Below are positions 52,094-64,000 of a stretch of DNA of 64,000 nucleotides, piece after piece (position 1 is the first letter of the stretch; each line of letters starts with the position of its first letter). Made by a program: the position numbers and the translations under genes. A model generated the notes under the pieces. The model made no database searches. It had not been told where the DNA came from and saw nothing but the letters and a program-made list of their open reading frames with translations. Origin of the DNA: Bigelowiella natans CCMP2755 (taxonomy: Eukaryota > Protista > Cercozoa); NCBI GenBank assembly GCA_000320545.1, contig ADNK01000002.1, positions 186,001 to 250,000 on the forward strand, in the 5' to 3' direction.

Positions 52094-53034
52094 ATGGAGT
52101 CGAAACAGCTTGTCCCCGCTGCCCCCACTCCAACAACCAATCCGTCGACTCCTCTTCAGGTTCTTTGCCATAATTTAGAATTAATCCGTTTTTGCTTTTT
52201 TGACCAGAATGCTAATTTTATCAGTTCGAGATTGTCGTCTTCCACCGACAAAATGAGATCACTGTGGTTGCGATCGTCCCTCGATTACAAACAGCATTAT
52301 TGGGTGACGTCAGTAACTCTTCACCAACCAATAATCCAGCAATCAGTGTTCAAATCCAACGTCTTTTATCAACATTCATGGGGGGAGTGATGTCACGAAA
52401 CATGCAAGAATTTTGGGAACGTGCCATGGACACGCAGGCTGGATTAGTACCGACACCAGCCAGTCAGAAGAGCATCAATGCTCTCCCAACAAATCATATT
52501 CAGCCATTTGAGAGAATACTATCTGATCGATGCACTGTTTGTCAAGAAAAATATGAAATTGGTGACAAAGTTACACACCTCCCGTGCGGTCACACTTTTC
52601 ACAGAGAATGCGTGATTCAATGGTTGAAGCAGAAAAACTCATGTCCTCTCTGTAGAGCAAAGGTCGACAATGAAGACGACCAGAAAGCTGAAAGTGGAAA
52701 TTTGAACGAAGACGACCAGAAGGATAAAAGTGGAAATTTGAATGCCGGTGATACTAGCGAGGAAAAAGACAGTCAAAAACAGGGACAAATTGAGGAAAAT
52801 TCGCAAACTATTGCTTGGTCAGATTCTAAAGTGGAGGAGGTTAAGAATAACACCTCCAATCCTACCCAAGTAACAAGAGCTTCACGCGCGTCCTTTGTAC
52901 CTTCATCATTGTTATCAGCTACCACTACAGTAACGCCCCTTCCAAACGCTGTTCTCCCTATTCGTCGTGGAATGCAAAGGCATTCGCATCCACAACCACA
53001 GACCTCTGGGCACGGATGCTGCACAATTTCATAA
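52094..53034 (+). CDS. RING-H2 E3 ubiquitin ligase with C-terminal CaaX motif; 2 exons
   Basis: Exons 52094-52159 and 52225-53034. PASQKSINALP precedes the RING-H2 CTVCQE...LPCGHTFHRECVIQWLKQKNSCPLCR. The protein ends GCCTIS*. Confidence 0.93.
52669..52743 (+). repeat. 36-bp in-frame tandem duplication in the RING gene (NEDDQKAESGNL / NEDDQKDKSGNL)
   Basis: aatgaagacgaccagaaagctgaaagtggaaatttg is followed by aacgaagacgaccagaaggataaaagtggaaatttg. Confidence 0.9.
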
Positions 53035-53804
53035 ACCGATTCATATCGCTTACATGGAATTTAGCTCGATTTAGAATGAAAATCATACCACAAATGAAGT
53101 ATCATGGTTGTAGTTTTCATGGGCCACTAATATCATTCCCGATACTTTTCAAGGACATGGAGCACCTTCTTATTCATGTATCCATCCTCCTCTAAATCCA
53201 TTGTATGATCCCAGAACGGACTTATTGGGGATTTACAGCATACAGCATTAATAGTGTACATATCTTCACTCTCGACCATAATTTCCTGGTCGTTGTACAG
53301 CTTGTTCAGCACGAATAGCTAATTTTAAAGTGGAATATTTAGACCACATATTAGCCAATAAAATATCCATCCTATGTTTCTAACACAATGCATTCACATG
53401 TTCTAGTTTCCTCAAATGAGTGGATAAATAACAGCCAGAGAAATACGATCTACACATGGAAGGTGTGCTTGAAGCCTGAGTGTGCTATGCCTGAATCATT
53501 ATTATCCACATTGTGTATGTGCTTCACAACGCTACGTACTAGCGTACCTAGGTACGGACGCACGCCGCAATGCGCAGCATGGCGCAGATCGTGTCGCGAT
53601 TGCGATGTCGCATGTTACTTCACAAATACACACAGTGCTAAGAGGGGGCCTTGATTCGCAATCGAGCGTGCATGCAGAATTATATTAATAACGCATTCCA
53701 TCTATGAGTTAAATAAAAACATTGTATGATTATCAGCATGCTGGGCTAATGAAGTTGTGCGTCGGTACGAAAGTGGGCTCCACAGAATGTCGCCATGTGT
53801 GGTA

Positions 53805-55145
53805 TTAAATTGTAATCTCTTCGTCATCGCTATCAATTATCTGTGCAGGACCTAGGGATGCTGCTACTCTGTCTGCTCTATTCGAGGCACTGATGGAATT
53901 TTGGGGTTCTGAACCCACTCCTACGCAGCGCTCTTTCACCCATTCTGCATCTCTGAATGCCATCCCAACCCCTGGATGGTATCTATATTTTTCCTCGATG
54001 ACCCCACTCATCATTTGAGATCTTCTTTTTTCAAATTTGTGAAGCTCGGAGATGTAGCGTCTGAGCGTTGAAAATTCATGGGAAGTTCCGATTCTTTTCC
54101 GACACATATTAACTAGGTCTTGGCCAGACCCAGTGTACATTAGTTTTTCGAGAATTATGCTCATAGCTTTATCAATATTTTCTCCCGTTAAGGCGCTTAC
54201 CTCTATAAAGCTGCATCCGTAATATCGTGCTAGTATTTCTCCTTCTCTTGAATTCACAACTAATCTCGGACCAACCGCTTCAATTACACTATCCTGGAGA
54301 TAACTTGGAAGCATATTGAGGTCGCGAGAAACGGTTTTCTGAATAATAGCACCTCGATCGGAGTAATCTTTTTTGTTTGCAACGATAAGAATTCTTTCTT
54401 GTCTGTTAGCTGCTGATCTTTCATAATCTCTGCTGTGATGGTGGGAATCATTCCCTTCTCTTCCCTCTCCATTTTGTAGTTGCTGATAGTGCTTCTTATA
54501 CTCCTCAGGATGCCACCAGTTCTCTTTACTTCTTGCAGCATGGGCATTTAGCCATAGAAGTACTCGCTCAAAGGTGGATCTTCGTGTTACATCGTACATT
54601 ACAATGAATGCATCGCATTCATCTATCATTGGTTGCGGTGGTGATGGAATTGAAGTATCAGGTGAAACATGAGACTCAGCTGATGGAGTCAGAATAGAAG
54701 TTGACGATGATGATCCTGATAGGTATCTCATGTCCCCACGAATATCAAAAAACGTAATTGTACGGCTCATTTTTTGAATTTTCATTCCATTTTTCCTTTC
54801 GTATTCAATTGATTTACTATAATCTCCCATAACTTTCACAACAATCGGCCAGTTTCTTCTGGCGTTTTCTTCTCCTTCCCCGCTCATCATGGTAACTGTA
54901 GGCTGTTCATCGTGACGAAATTTAGATTCCAGAACACGGCGGGCGAATGACGTTTTCCCAACGCCCTCGTCTCCAAGGAGGTGAATTTTAATGTGAAACA
55001 TGCATGTTGGTAGTTGAGGTGATATTTGGGAATTAGCCTCACCCCAGCATTTTGCTTCCTTCAAGGCTTTCTCCCAGCGCTCAGGATCAGCTCTCCGCTG
55101 TTTCACAACGTAGTTAGCTTTTCCCGTAGGTAATGTATTACCCAT
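53805..55145 (-). CDS. Atypical Ras-superfamily (Rab-like) GTPase with insertions and terminal extensions, intronless, 446 aa
   Basis: G1 GDEGVGKT, G2 QPTV, G3 FDIRGD, YDVTRRSTF, G4 NKKD and G5 EVSA..GENI. It starts MGN and has no C-terminal Cys. Confidence 0.9.
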   Translation of the reverse strand: MGNTLPTGKANYVVKQRRADPERWEKALKEAKCWGEANSQISPQLPTCMFHIKIHLLGDEGVGKTSFARRVLESKFRHDEQPTVTMMSGEGEENARRNWPIVVKVMGDYSKSIEYERKNGMKIQKMSRTITFFDIRGDMRYLSGSSSSTSILTPSAESHVSPDTSIPSPPQPMIDECDAFIVMYDVTRRSTFERVLLWLNAHAARSKENWWHPEEYKKHYQQLQNGEGREGNDSHHHSRDYERSAANRQERILIVANKKDYSDRGAIIQKTVSRDLNMLPSYLQDSVIEAVGPRLVVNSREGEILARYYGCSFIEVSALTGENIDKAMSIILEKLMYTGSGQDLVNMCRKRIGTSHEFSTLRRYISELHKFEKRRSQMMSGVIEEKYRYHPGVGMAFRDAEWVKERCVGVGSEPQNSISASNRADRVAASLGPAQIIDSDDEEITI

Positions 55146-55963
55146 TGCTCCTGTATTGAATATTTAGTACATATTTTGACTTCTTGATCTTCGTATTCTT
55201 TTTACTGTCGTGTTAGCTTCGATTAAAGCACAAGAGCTGGAGTTGTTAAAGTTGTTCCTACGGCGGGTATCGTCAACAGCTACGCCACTACCTACTTCCC
55301 ACAAGCGAGTGGATCCCGGACCTAGTCTAGGCGAACGAAAAGTAAAAGGAAGAGGTCTTGTCTTTTAGTCGTCGTAGTGTCGTACTATTACTACTATGTT
55401 CTGAAGATAGCTCTTAGTAGCTCGGTAGGTAGGTAGATAGGTAGGTAGAGTAGGTAGTCTTTTCCTCCTTCTTCTTCCTCCTCCTCCTGTTCTTCTTTCC
55501 TGCACGACGAAGATGGAAGGAGAGCTTTGAAAAGGAGAAAGCTACGAGTACTACCTGGGCTACTACCACCCCGTCCCTTTGGGCAAGAGCGACAACTATT
55601 TATAAACAAAATTGGCCTGCTTTAGACCAGAGCGACAGACAGGATGAAAGTGCTTGCTTGCGACAATCAAATCGGTCCATCAACACATCAACACAGAGTG
55701 TTCACACAGACATCACATGTTGATGGTATCCCCCAACGAGTGAGTTACTCAGAAAAGAATTGACGGGTGGGAGGATCACGCTACTGGGCTTCACCACTCA
55801 CCACAAGACTTGAACACGTGCGACGAAAAGCTAGTCATTTCACGTTGCTAGCCTGAAAGTAGTGAAAAGTGGTGATACACTACAGGTGTCACGAGAGCAC
55901 GACGAACAATTTGATATCCTCAGAGGGTTGAAAGCTCCAATATACTAATCAGTCGAAGAGTAG

Positions 55964-58900
55964 ATGATGCTCCTGACCTATCGTTCATTTCTTCCTGCGG
56001 TATTGACAGTTCTTCTTCTGTCATCATCAGTGAAGATTACTTCTGGTACACCAGACCGAATGTCATGCGACATTTCGACGTGGAGTGTAGGTGCAGCAGT
56101 CACCACACAGATGAACGTCGGTTCCCGCACAATGTCCGATGGATCTTCTGCAATATCAATAACAACTGATATGCCGTCAAGCAATAGATATTTTCCAAAT
56201 TATCAATACAGTATTACCGTATCTACAACAGCGATTTTATCGCAGAAAGTAGTAGTTTCAGCTGGCTCAATAAATGGGCAAGTTTGCGTAAACAGGTATC
56301 ACTAGTATACATGATGCCAACAATTCTGGATGAAGTACATTGCTTCTTCATTTCATAATTTATTCATTTAGAAACGTGCAGAGGCACTCGCACACATACA
56401 CGTGGACTGCACCTGCGGCTGGCTCGGGCACCGTATCCTTTCACATTCTGGCGGGAAATCTGGATGTCGTCTATGTTCTTGTAAGATTCGATCGAGATTA
56501 TGCAATTTAAAATCTTTACCGATGATGTTGAATGTGTGCTATCTCAGCCTTCAACGACAACATTCACGGAATTAACCTCCACAGCTCCAACGGTATTTGC
56601 TTGTCGAACTTGTTTCTTCTTACCTAAACTAAGAGCTTATGATTTAATCATCGCAGTCTACCTTCAACCCTACAAGTTCTCCCATTGTTATAAGTCATAG
56701 TCCCAGCGCGGCTCCTTCAATTTCGGCTTCTCCAACAACTCTATCAAACAATCATGTAAGAGAGCAGAACGATGATGATATCGAGCCTCCCTTAATTCTA
56801 ACAACATGTGTGTTTTAAAATTAGAATGCTTGCTTTGATAGTACGCTCAATACTTATCAATGTTCATTTACGGATAAAGGACTCACGGTCTGTCATCTGT
56901 CTTGATGCAAAATGTGATAGGGTGTTACGTCGACAGTTATATCCCTTCTGTAACCCTAATGTATGTTCCTCACATTACTGCTACCCGATGATATATCGAT
57001 TACGTCCTTCAGATACTATGGTCCTACAGTAATAGCGAGATTGCCTTTAATGTTTCAAAATCGACTGATGGGTGGGTTAGCCTGGGATTTGGAAAGGAGA
57101 TGGTTGGGGCCGTTGCTGTAATTGGATGGTGCATAGGAGGATCACACTTCATACAAGGTTGGTACTACTCGGACTGCATACAGTAATGAGTGAGATCATC
57201 AAGAGCAACTTTTTGACTTTTGTACTAGCGGGTCATCAGTTTTGTTACCGATAGTTGTGGTCACCCATTCAATTTTTAAATCATAAATCAGACTACAAAC
57301 TCAACTCTAAGCAAAGTAGCGGTGTGAATCCTGTGAGTACTGTTCTCCGTGATCTCGCTTGCAGGTATAGGAGACTGTTTTAATCATATCATTTGAAGTG
57401 TAATCGTTGACGAGGGTAGGAATAGCGACGATCAGGATTCTCCTCATGATTATGTATCATATTTACAGCGAAATAAACGGAGTGACGAGCATTAAGTACA
57501 TTCAGCCTATAAGTTCAAATGATCTAACAATTGATCTCACCACTTTTCAAAGGGTATATGCCCGTCGTAAGAAATGAATTAGATGATGTGCAGTGATCTG
57601 AATACATTAATTGATTTTATCAAAAGAACAAGAATGATTAAGACTATTGTTTCAAGGTCATATACGCATGGGGCACATCAGATTCGAAATCGAAGTAATT
57701 TAGCCATATTGAAGAATCATCAGTTTGACAGTTTTCCAAGCATTTGTTTTTCAATTATTTTTGACTTGTCATTGTCCCATATATTCCGCTGTTCCTCATC
57801 TATCGTAGGCACGATGATGATGATCAAGGCCGGGCCGAAATTAATTTTAAAACAGGCGAAGCTAAACTTATTGATGATGAAGATCATGCCCTAGGGCACG
57901 GAATATGCATGTGGATTGCATTCTCGTTTCTTCTTGTTTCTGGAATTCTTGTATCAAGATATGGTAAAACCTTTGCCCCAACCCGATGGCTCCTCGCACA
58001 CATCGGTCTTCATTTCCTCGGTAGTAGTTGCGACATGAATCTCTTCTCACACCTAAGTGTTATAAAGCCATTGGATTTTGCGCGGAGGATCTGAATTTGA
58101 ATATGTCCATATACTACTACTCTCAATGACAAGACAAATATCATGATTCCAATACTACTTCTCTCAATGACAAGACAAATACTATGAATCCAATACAGCT
58201 CTAATCTTCGCCTCTGCGGGGCTAGGAATTGCATTTGTACATTTTGATGAGGTAGTAGATAATTTTTCTCCTGGGACTCAAATGTTTATAACTGTCATCA
58301 TGATTAATCATCGTAACATGCTCAGCCACTGGAGTCATCTCATGGGCAACTTGGCCTTGTAATCTGTATTGCTCTAATTTGCCAGGTGCAAAGAATAAAT
58401 TCTCTATCCATCTATTCAACAGTCTGTCGAGGAAATCTGATCGTGCTAATTGTTATCACATATTGACCAGATTCTGGCAGGAGGATTTTTGCGACCGGAT
58501 AAATCTGTACCAAAGTCAAAAAAGAGATTTATGTGGGAAATTGGGCATAAAGTAAGTTGATCAGTAAGGAAGAAATACAATTTTTGTTGTCTCTACTATG
58601 AAATATATTTACATATAAACCTCACCATATATCGCAGGGAGTTGGAAGCGCAATCGTTGTAATGGCATTAGTAAATGTATTTACGGGACTTTTACTTGAG
58701 GGCGAAGGCGACGAAGGAGGAGAACATTCCCTCTTCCTGTAAAATTTTATTGTTTTGGAAACATCTTCGACTTGGAACTTATTCATGTACCATATTCAGT
58801 GGCCTCCATGTAGGGTGGATACTCTTCATCGTTGTGGTATGTTGTTTCTGAATGGTTTGCGAAACCTTATCATGCATCAGTATTTAATTATGTTTGTGTT

Positions 58901-59145
58901 TGTGTTTGTGGCAGACGATTTGCATTTTTGAGTTTCTTTTTCGAGGAAGGCTAAAATCGGATGAAACTCTGGACGATTTGGGAGATCAGATGCATCAAGA
59001 AATGGATGATAGAAAAATCGTGACTAACGACGACATCGGAAGTAAAGGAGGCACATCCATCATAGCTTCGGGAGAGCCTCAAGTAGAAGCTATCGGTGGG
59101 TCCATAGTTATTAATCAGAATGGTGATCGTGTTGCCCATGTGTGA
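55964..59145 (+). CDS. Reeler-like + DOMON + cytochrome b561 protein (FRRS1/SDR2-like ferric-chelate reductase); multi-exon
   Basis: Signal peptide, then reeler-like YTWTAPAAGSGTVSF, a Ser/Thr/Pro linker and DOMON GWVSLGFGKEMVGAVAVIGW. The four b561 histidines fall in HGICMW, LLAHIG, SHGQLGL and WEIGHK. Stop TGA at 59145. Confidence 0.88.
58111..58196. repeat. ~41-bp intronic tandem duplication
   Basis: atactact(a/t)ctctcaatgacaagacaaata..atga.tccaatac occurs at 58111 and 58152. Confidence 0.85.
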
Positions 59146-59520
59146 CAAAGCCATGACGAATTTCAGCAACAAAAAGGCAGGTGCAGTCATCATGACGCAT
59201 TATCAGCAACTTTGCATTGTTAGATCGGGTCAGACACCTTGCAACACAGTCGATGTGGCAGCTGCTTGTTGACCAGCTAGCCAGATTCTCTAAAATTTTG
59301 ATATGTGGGGTGTGCTTGTTGAGATGTGCCATGCATTTTGATGACTTGCACATGATCGGAACAACATTGACATGTAGCTGCATGTTTGCAGCAGCATCAT
59401 ATGCGCCCAGTGGATGGTCCATTCACGGTTAGGTTTCGCATGCTGTGCTTTCAAACAGTTTCTTCAAGACCTCACACCGCCACATGAGCCTAGGATGACC
59501 ATTGAACAAATTTAATTTGA

Positions 59521-60200
59521 TTGATCACATCCGTCTTGCATCTTCGCAGTCAGTTTCAGTTGTGCCTTGCTGTTTGAGGTGTGTCTTCGATCACGTCAGC
59601 ACCTCAGCGTGTTGAATGTCATGTCAAGTCTGGGACATCGACGTTTCAACACGTCAACAATTTCACTTGCTAGCTTGGCCGCGCTCACCTTGACACCCCA
59701 GCTAGCCAGCACCGGAGCTCGCAAAATTTGGATGATGAACAATGATGACAAACGGCATTTCAAAACGTTACAAAGACATTTGCAGGGTGCAAAACGCAGT
59801 GCCTCGAATGACCAACTTCAGTGAGGTCCAACTAGTGAAACCAGAAGGAATCAAGAATGGCATTCTGGCCATCGAGGAGCTTGCAGATCTCATTTTGGGA
59901 CTGAGAGATCTCCTTCTAGGACCAGGGGATCTTCTTCTCCGATCCCTCGGTCCACGACGGTCACAACAATTGAACGTGAGAACGTGATCGAACCCAACAT
60001 GCATTGAGTTGCATGTCACGTTGAATGAACGAAGGATTACAGTGGTGCAGTTGAAAGGATCATTGAATGTGCAACTCCATCAGTCCGCCACACCCTCCTC
60101 GATCAACAGGACCACCAATGGAAAGTTGAATTTGAGGTTCGTTTCACATCCGCTTGCCGCGCGATTGCCAAGATGGGCATGCATGCATTCAAGCCTGGCC
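59521..60200. other. TpA-depleted, CTAG-sparing intergenic tract C, possibly a hypermutated coding remnant
   Basis: Hand count: 6 TA in 680 bp, 4 of them in CTAG. Depletion is weaker in the flanks (59150-59520 and 60200-60340). Confidence 0.8.
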
Positions 60201-60342
60201 GCAAATAGATGATGGTTGTTGCGACTTAAAATCTTATGTTGTCGCATGGGCAAATTTGGATGGATTTTGTAGGTACGTCTCTCCATTGGAATTACGATGG
60301 GATTGACCACTAGCGACGTCACGCCTCTGTGCCAGACAGACC

Positions 60343-63300
60343 ATGATCACGACGACGACGACGACGATGGGAGGGGGCCTACACAAGACACGGTGAACCC
60401 TCCTTAATTACTCAATAACTTACTCGTAGTTAATCTAGAAGTATATAAAAAGGACTTTGAAAGGAGGTGTCAATGTTTGAAAGAATTTCTGTACCATAGC
60501 TGCTGCTGCCTGCCGCTGCCGCTGCGAAGTGGTTTGTTATTTTTGCTTACTTGCATGTCCCTAAAATTGTTTAACTTTTGATGTTGTCCTAGATCATCTA
60601 ATCTTCCCAAAATATTGGTGGGACTTACACTATTGGCATCGTGCGCGATCTGGTCATTGTTGTCTTCAAGCAATGAGAGAAAGCTGTCCTTGAGTAGTCG
60701 TTTTATGCCATCTGCACAACGGCTCTCTGTTGGTTCAAGAATCCATCAAAATATTCCACTGCTGTCAAAGAAGGCTTCATCCTCTCCTCAAAGATGTAAA
60801 GATCGTGTGTTTAGGAAGGTTAACACTACAACAAACTATCTACATAGCAGTATACCCGAGACAACTCATGAGATGTTGTTTAACGACGAACTCTGCTGCT
60901 TAATTTCTTAGAATTCTTTGCGAGACCGGATTATCTCTCCTCATGCTACCCAGGTACATTATGAGAACCTTTATCCGGTCAATTTGTGTCGTGCATGAGT
61001 GTTACTGACTGTTCTCAGGAACCACACTTTGCGCTGCTGTTCGATTGCGATGGTGTTATAGTACTAACTGAAGAGTTGCATAGGTAACAAATCAATTGCA
61101 TTTCACCAGCATTCGTCACAACCTAATGGTGTTCCATTCTCTTTGGCCTACATATTAGACTGCTCATCACGAGTCCTCCCTTTCCCTCTGTTCTAAAACA
61201 AACGACTATATCTTCTTAGAATTGCATATAATAAGGCCTTCCAGAAATTCAACGTTCAGGTGGAAGTTTTTGTCCGTTCGAAAATAAAGAAAGAGGCAGG
61301 AAGCGAAGAGAGAAGTGTTAAAAGAGAGAAGAGGGTGAAGTACAATTATTACCACTGTTCTAATATTTTATATTCGACATCATTATTATAAGATTGAGGG
61401 TAAAGCAGTAGATTGGAATGTGGAGCACTATGACGTCCTCCAAAACACGGTTGTTTGTTGGTTCCTACATTCACTATTAGTTTTGGTGTTGTTATATGTC
61501 TGTATCTGCTGGGAGTTCGCATGTCGTAGTACAAATTATAGCATAATCGTCGTTCTACATTGTACCAGGTGGTGTATAAATTTGAATAAACGCTGTGTGT
61601 GGCGCAACAGTTAATTGTTGCTGCAGAGTTCATAAATGGTGGTGGTGATGATGATGATGGTAGAAGCAGCCCAAAGTGGTTCTTCTTGTTTAAACAACTA
61701 TGTATACCATCGCATTTAGATTGGAGGTGGGAAACCTAAAATGAAATGGCATTTTAACAAATATGGTTGGCCGAGTTCTAGGTAGTAGTAGTAGTTGCAG
61801 CTGACCGATCATTCCATGTCTGATGCTGGTGCTGTCTTGATAATATGCTACCACTACTTACTGCTGCACTTGTGAAACCTATTCATCAGAGGACTATTCG
61901 TAATTACATACCACGCACATAAAGACACATACACGGATAGATACAAATCCACGCCTGCACTCACACTCGATAGTTGTGTTAAAATATTAATAATTCTTCC
62001 ATTATGTCGCGTATTATTATAGTCGTTTTTCCCACAACTACCTACCTAAAGTTACATCTATCATCGTCATCACCATCATCACGTATTATCTCCAATATCA
62101 ACTCATCGTCTTAACTGTTTGCTCCCACACTTCTTCTTCTTCTTTTCAAGTGTCAGTGCCACTCCTCCAAGCACAGAAGAAGCACAACAGGATTTGGTGG
62201 ATAAGTTGCAGGATGCGAAGGTGGCTCGGTTCTTGCTTGTTGGATGATGTTTCTTGTGTTTGTGTCGATTCGTTGTATGGTTCAAGCAGATGATTTATAT
62301 TACCGCAGATATGTTTATTTTGCTGATAATCATCCTTTTCAACGACGCTCTTATCTCATCCCTTTACACTAGGATGAGAACTCAAAGCATTGAGCACACC
62401 ATAAAAGTACTACTACTACTATTCCTACTTCAGACTGAGTTTTACAAGGAAATTGTGGAAGAAGTAGCTACTGCTCGTCCTGGGGTATTGGAACTTATGG
62501 ACGAAGCTATCAGTAAGATATAATCACACAACTTATCGCTATCACTGTCCTTCGACTCATGATGGCGGTGTCATGGATCTTACTTCTGCTCCTGCATTAT
62601 TTTCCTCCTCGCCTTCATCATCATCTGCTGTTGTAATTTTCACAGAACATCCTAATATCGCTGTTGGTATCTGTAGTGCGTCTACAAAAGAGGGATTTGT
62701 CAAGGTGCGGCTGATTCTTGTCGTCATCACCATTATCATTCACTTTCATCAATAGCTACAACACAGTGCCAATGATTGTTACATCATCGTCGCTGTCTGT
62801 CCGCCATCACCTCCATATAGTCTCCTCATTCGCATGCTGCTTCGTTTATCGTATCACTTGTCCTTGTTTAGGTGGTGAACAAAGTCGTAGGGCAAGAGCG
62901 ACTTAGCAATCTCGATGTGGTGATGGCTGGTGATGATGTCAAAGCTAAGAAGCCGGATCCAATGATCTACAATTTGGCACGGTGAATAGAAAGCTATTGC
63001 TGGTTGTTGCTGCTGCTGCTGCTGCTGCTGCTGCATCTGCTATACTAGTAGTGATAGTTGTGTTGCAATCATCATTATAGTGACCAAGATTATTATCATG
63101 ACATAATTAAAATTAGGGAAAGAATCGGACTCTCTTCAGAAATGTGTGTCGTAGTCGAAGATAGCATTGTTGGTCTCAAAGCAGCAAAGGTACAAGAAAA
63201 GAGCACTCGCAAAGGCTTCTAGCATTGAGGATATATGTTGGTTACATACTCGTTGTCCTTATATTAGGGAGCAGGAATGAAATGTATTATTACGTACACA

Positions 63301-63638
63301 AGTAGTACCAAAGATCAAGACTTCAAAGCTGTCGGTGCAGATGTCGTATTGGAAGACCTTGGAAATGTATGCACCAGAGATATATCACTAACTTTATCTT
63401 AATTGTTTAAAAGATTTTCTTAATCCCTACCTCGACTACTTTCTCAAAAAATATTGGTGTTATTCCTTCTCACTATCTATTATTGTCTAGCATATGTATC
63501 ATCCTCCTCACTATTCGGTACTTTCCTGTATTATATGAATCATATTAGGTAAATCTTGGAAAAATCTTCAAACCGATGTATGAATCAATGGAAGTACAAG
63601 GATCTCCTTCCTTATCCCTCAGAGATTCAGATAAATGA
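60343..63638 (+). CDS. HAD-superfamily CbbY-like sugar phosphatase with bipartite plastid-targeting leader; multi-exon
   Basis: Motif I ALLFDCDGV (~61035), HRIAYNKAF, IGGGKPKMKW, ARPGVLELMDEA, GICSASTK, AGDDVKAKKPDP and VVEDSIVGLKAAK/GAGM. Leader exons 60343-60392 and 60593-60818 give ...PKILVGLTLLASCAIWSLL followed by a Ser/Arg/Lys-rich stretch. Stop TGA at 63636-63638. Confidence 0.92.
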
Positions 63639-64000
63639 CTTCGTGCTGAGCTAGGCGTGTAGATTTTAAGATACAATTGCCGCGATCCCGCCATGCGTAG
63701 AATACGAGTACAGAGGGCGCGCGGCAGCTGCCTCGTCTATTTTATTGAGACATTTCAGACTGGTATTAAAGGCCTTCATACGTCAAAATTTACAAAGTGT
63801 ATGAAGAGGTCATCACAGCACATGTGCATCGCACAGCGATCAGATACTATGTCGCTTAATACATGTAAGAGAACCAAAGCTACAGTCGGTTTACCAATTG
63901 CTGCGATGCTCAACGTGTTTGGGTGCGGGGATTCTCATGATATCCGGCCATATGCGCCGCTATAAGATGGAAGCACTCATTATCTTGCGTGACCAGCAAA

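Noticed and set aside
1-64000. tRNA, rRNA, or intact transposase/reverse-transcriptase genes
   Set aside because: No cloverleaf, rRNA signature, or DDE/RT motif was recognised by eye. A tRNAscan/Rfam/RepeatModeler run is needed to exclude them formally.

Overview
This is intron-rich eukaryotic nuclear DNA with GT-AG introns, frequent AAG acceptors and heavy microsatellite load. Several genes carry bipartite signal + transit-peptide-like leaders, which suggests an alga with a complex plastid (chlorarachniophyte-like; inference, not verified). I reconstructed 14 protein-coding genes by hand-splicing: a CCR4/nocturnin-like EEP hydrolase, FAM221-like, ABCF2/Arb1-like, an MFS sugar porter, PRORP (protein-only RNase P), an ABCG half-transporter, PLAC8, a ~16-kb beta-helix/Cys-rich/multi-TM surface protein, a BORCS7-like microprotein, a kinase-PP2C fusion, a RING-H2 ligase with CaaX tail, an atypical Ras-superfamily GTPase, a reeler-DOMON-cytochrome b561 protein and a CbbY-like HAD hydrolase. 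No rRNA, tRNA or CRISPR array was seen. The most striking unexplained signal is in intergenic tracts at ~14.8-15.3, ~27.9-28.8 and ~59.5-60.2 kb. There TpA is almost absent except inside CTAG, while CpG is retained and TpG/CpA are abundant. This looks like a regionally targeted TpA->TpG/CpA hypermutation process, opposite in direction to fungal RIP. A second highlight is an ABCF2 with a bipartite leader ending in a ubiquitin-like LRGG, a candidate for periplastid targeting and DUB-type processing. All exon boundaries and counts were done by eye and are approximate.
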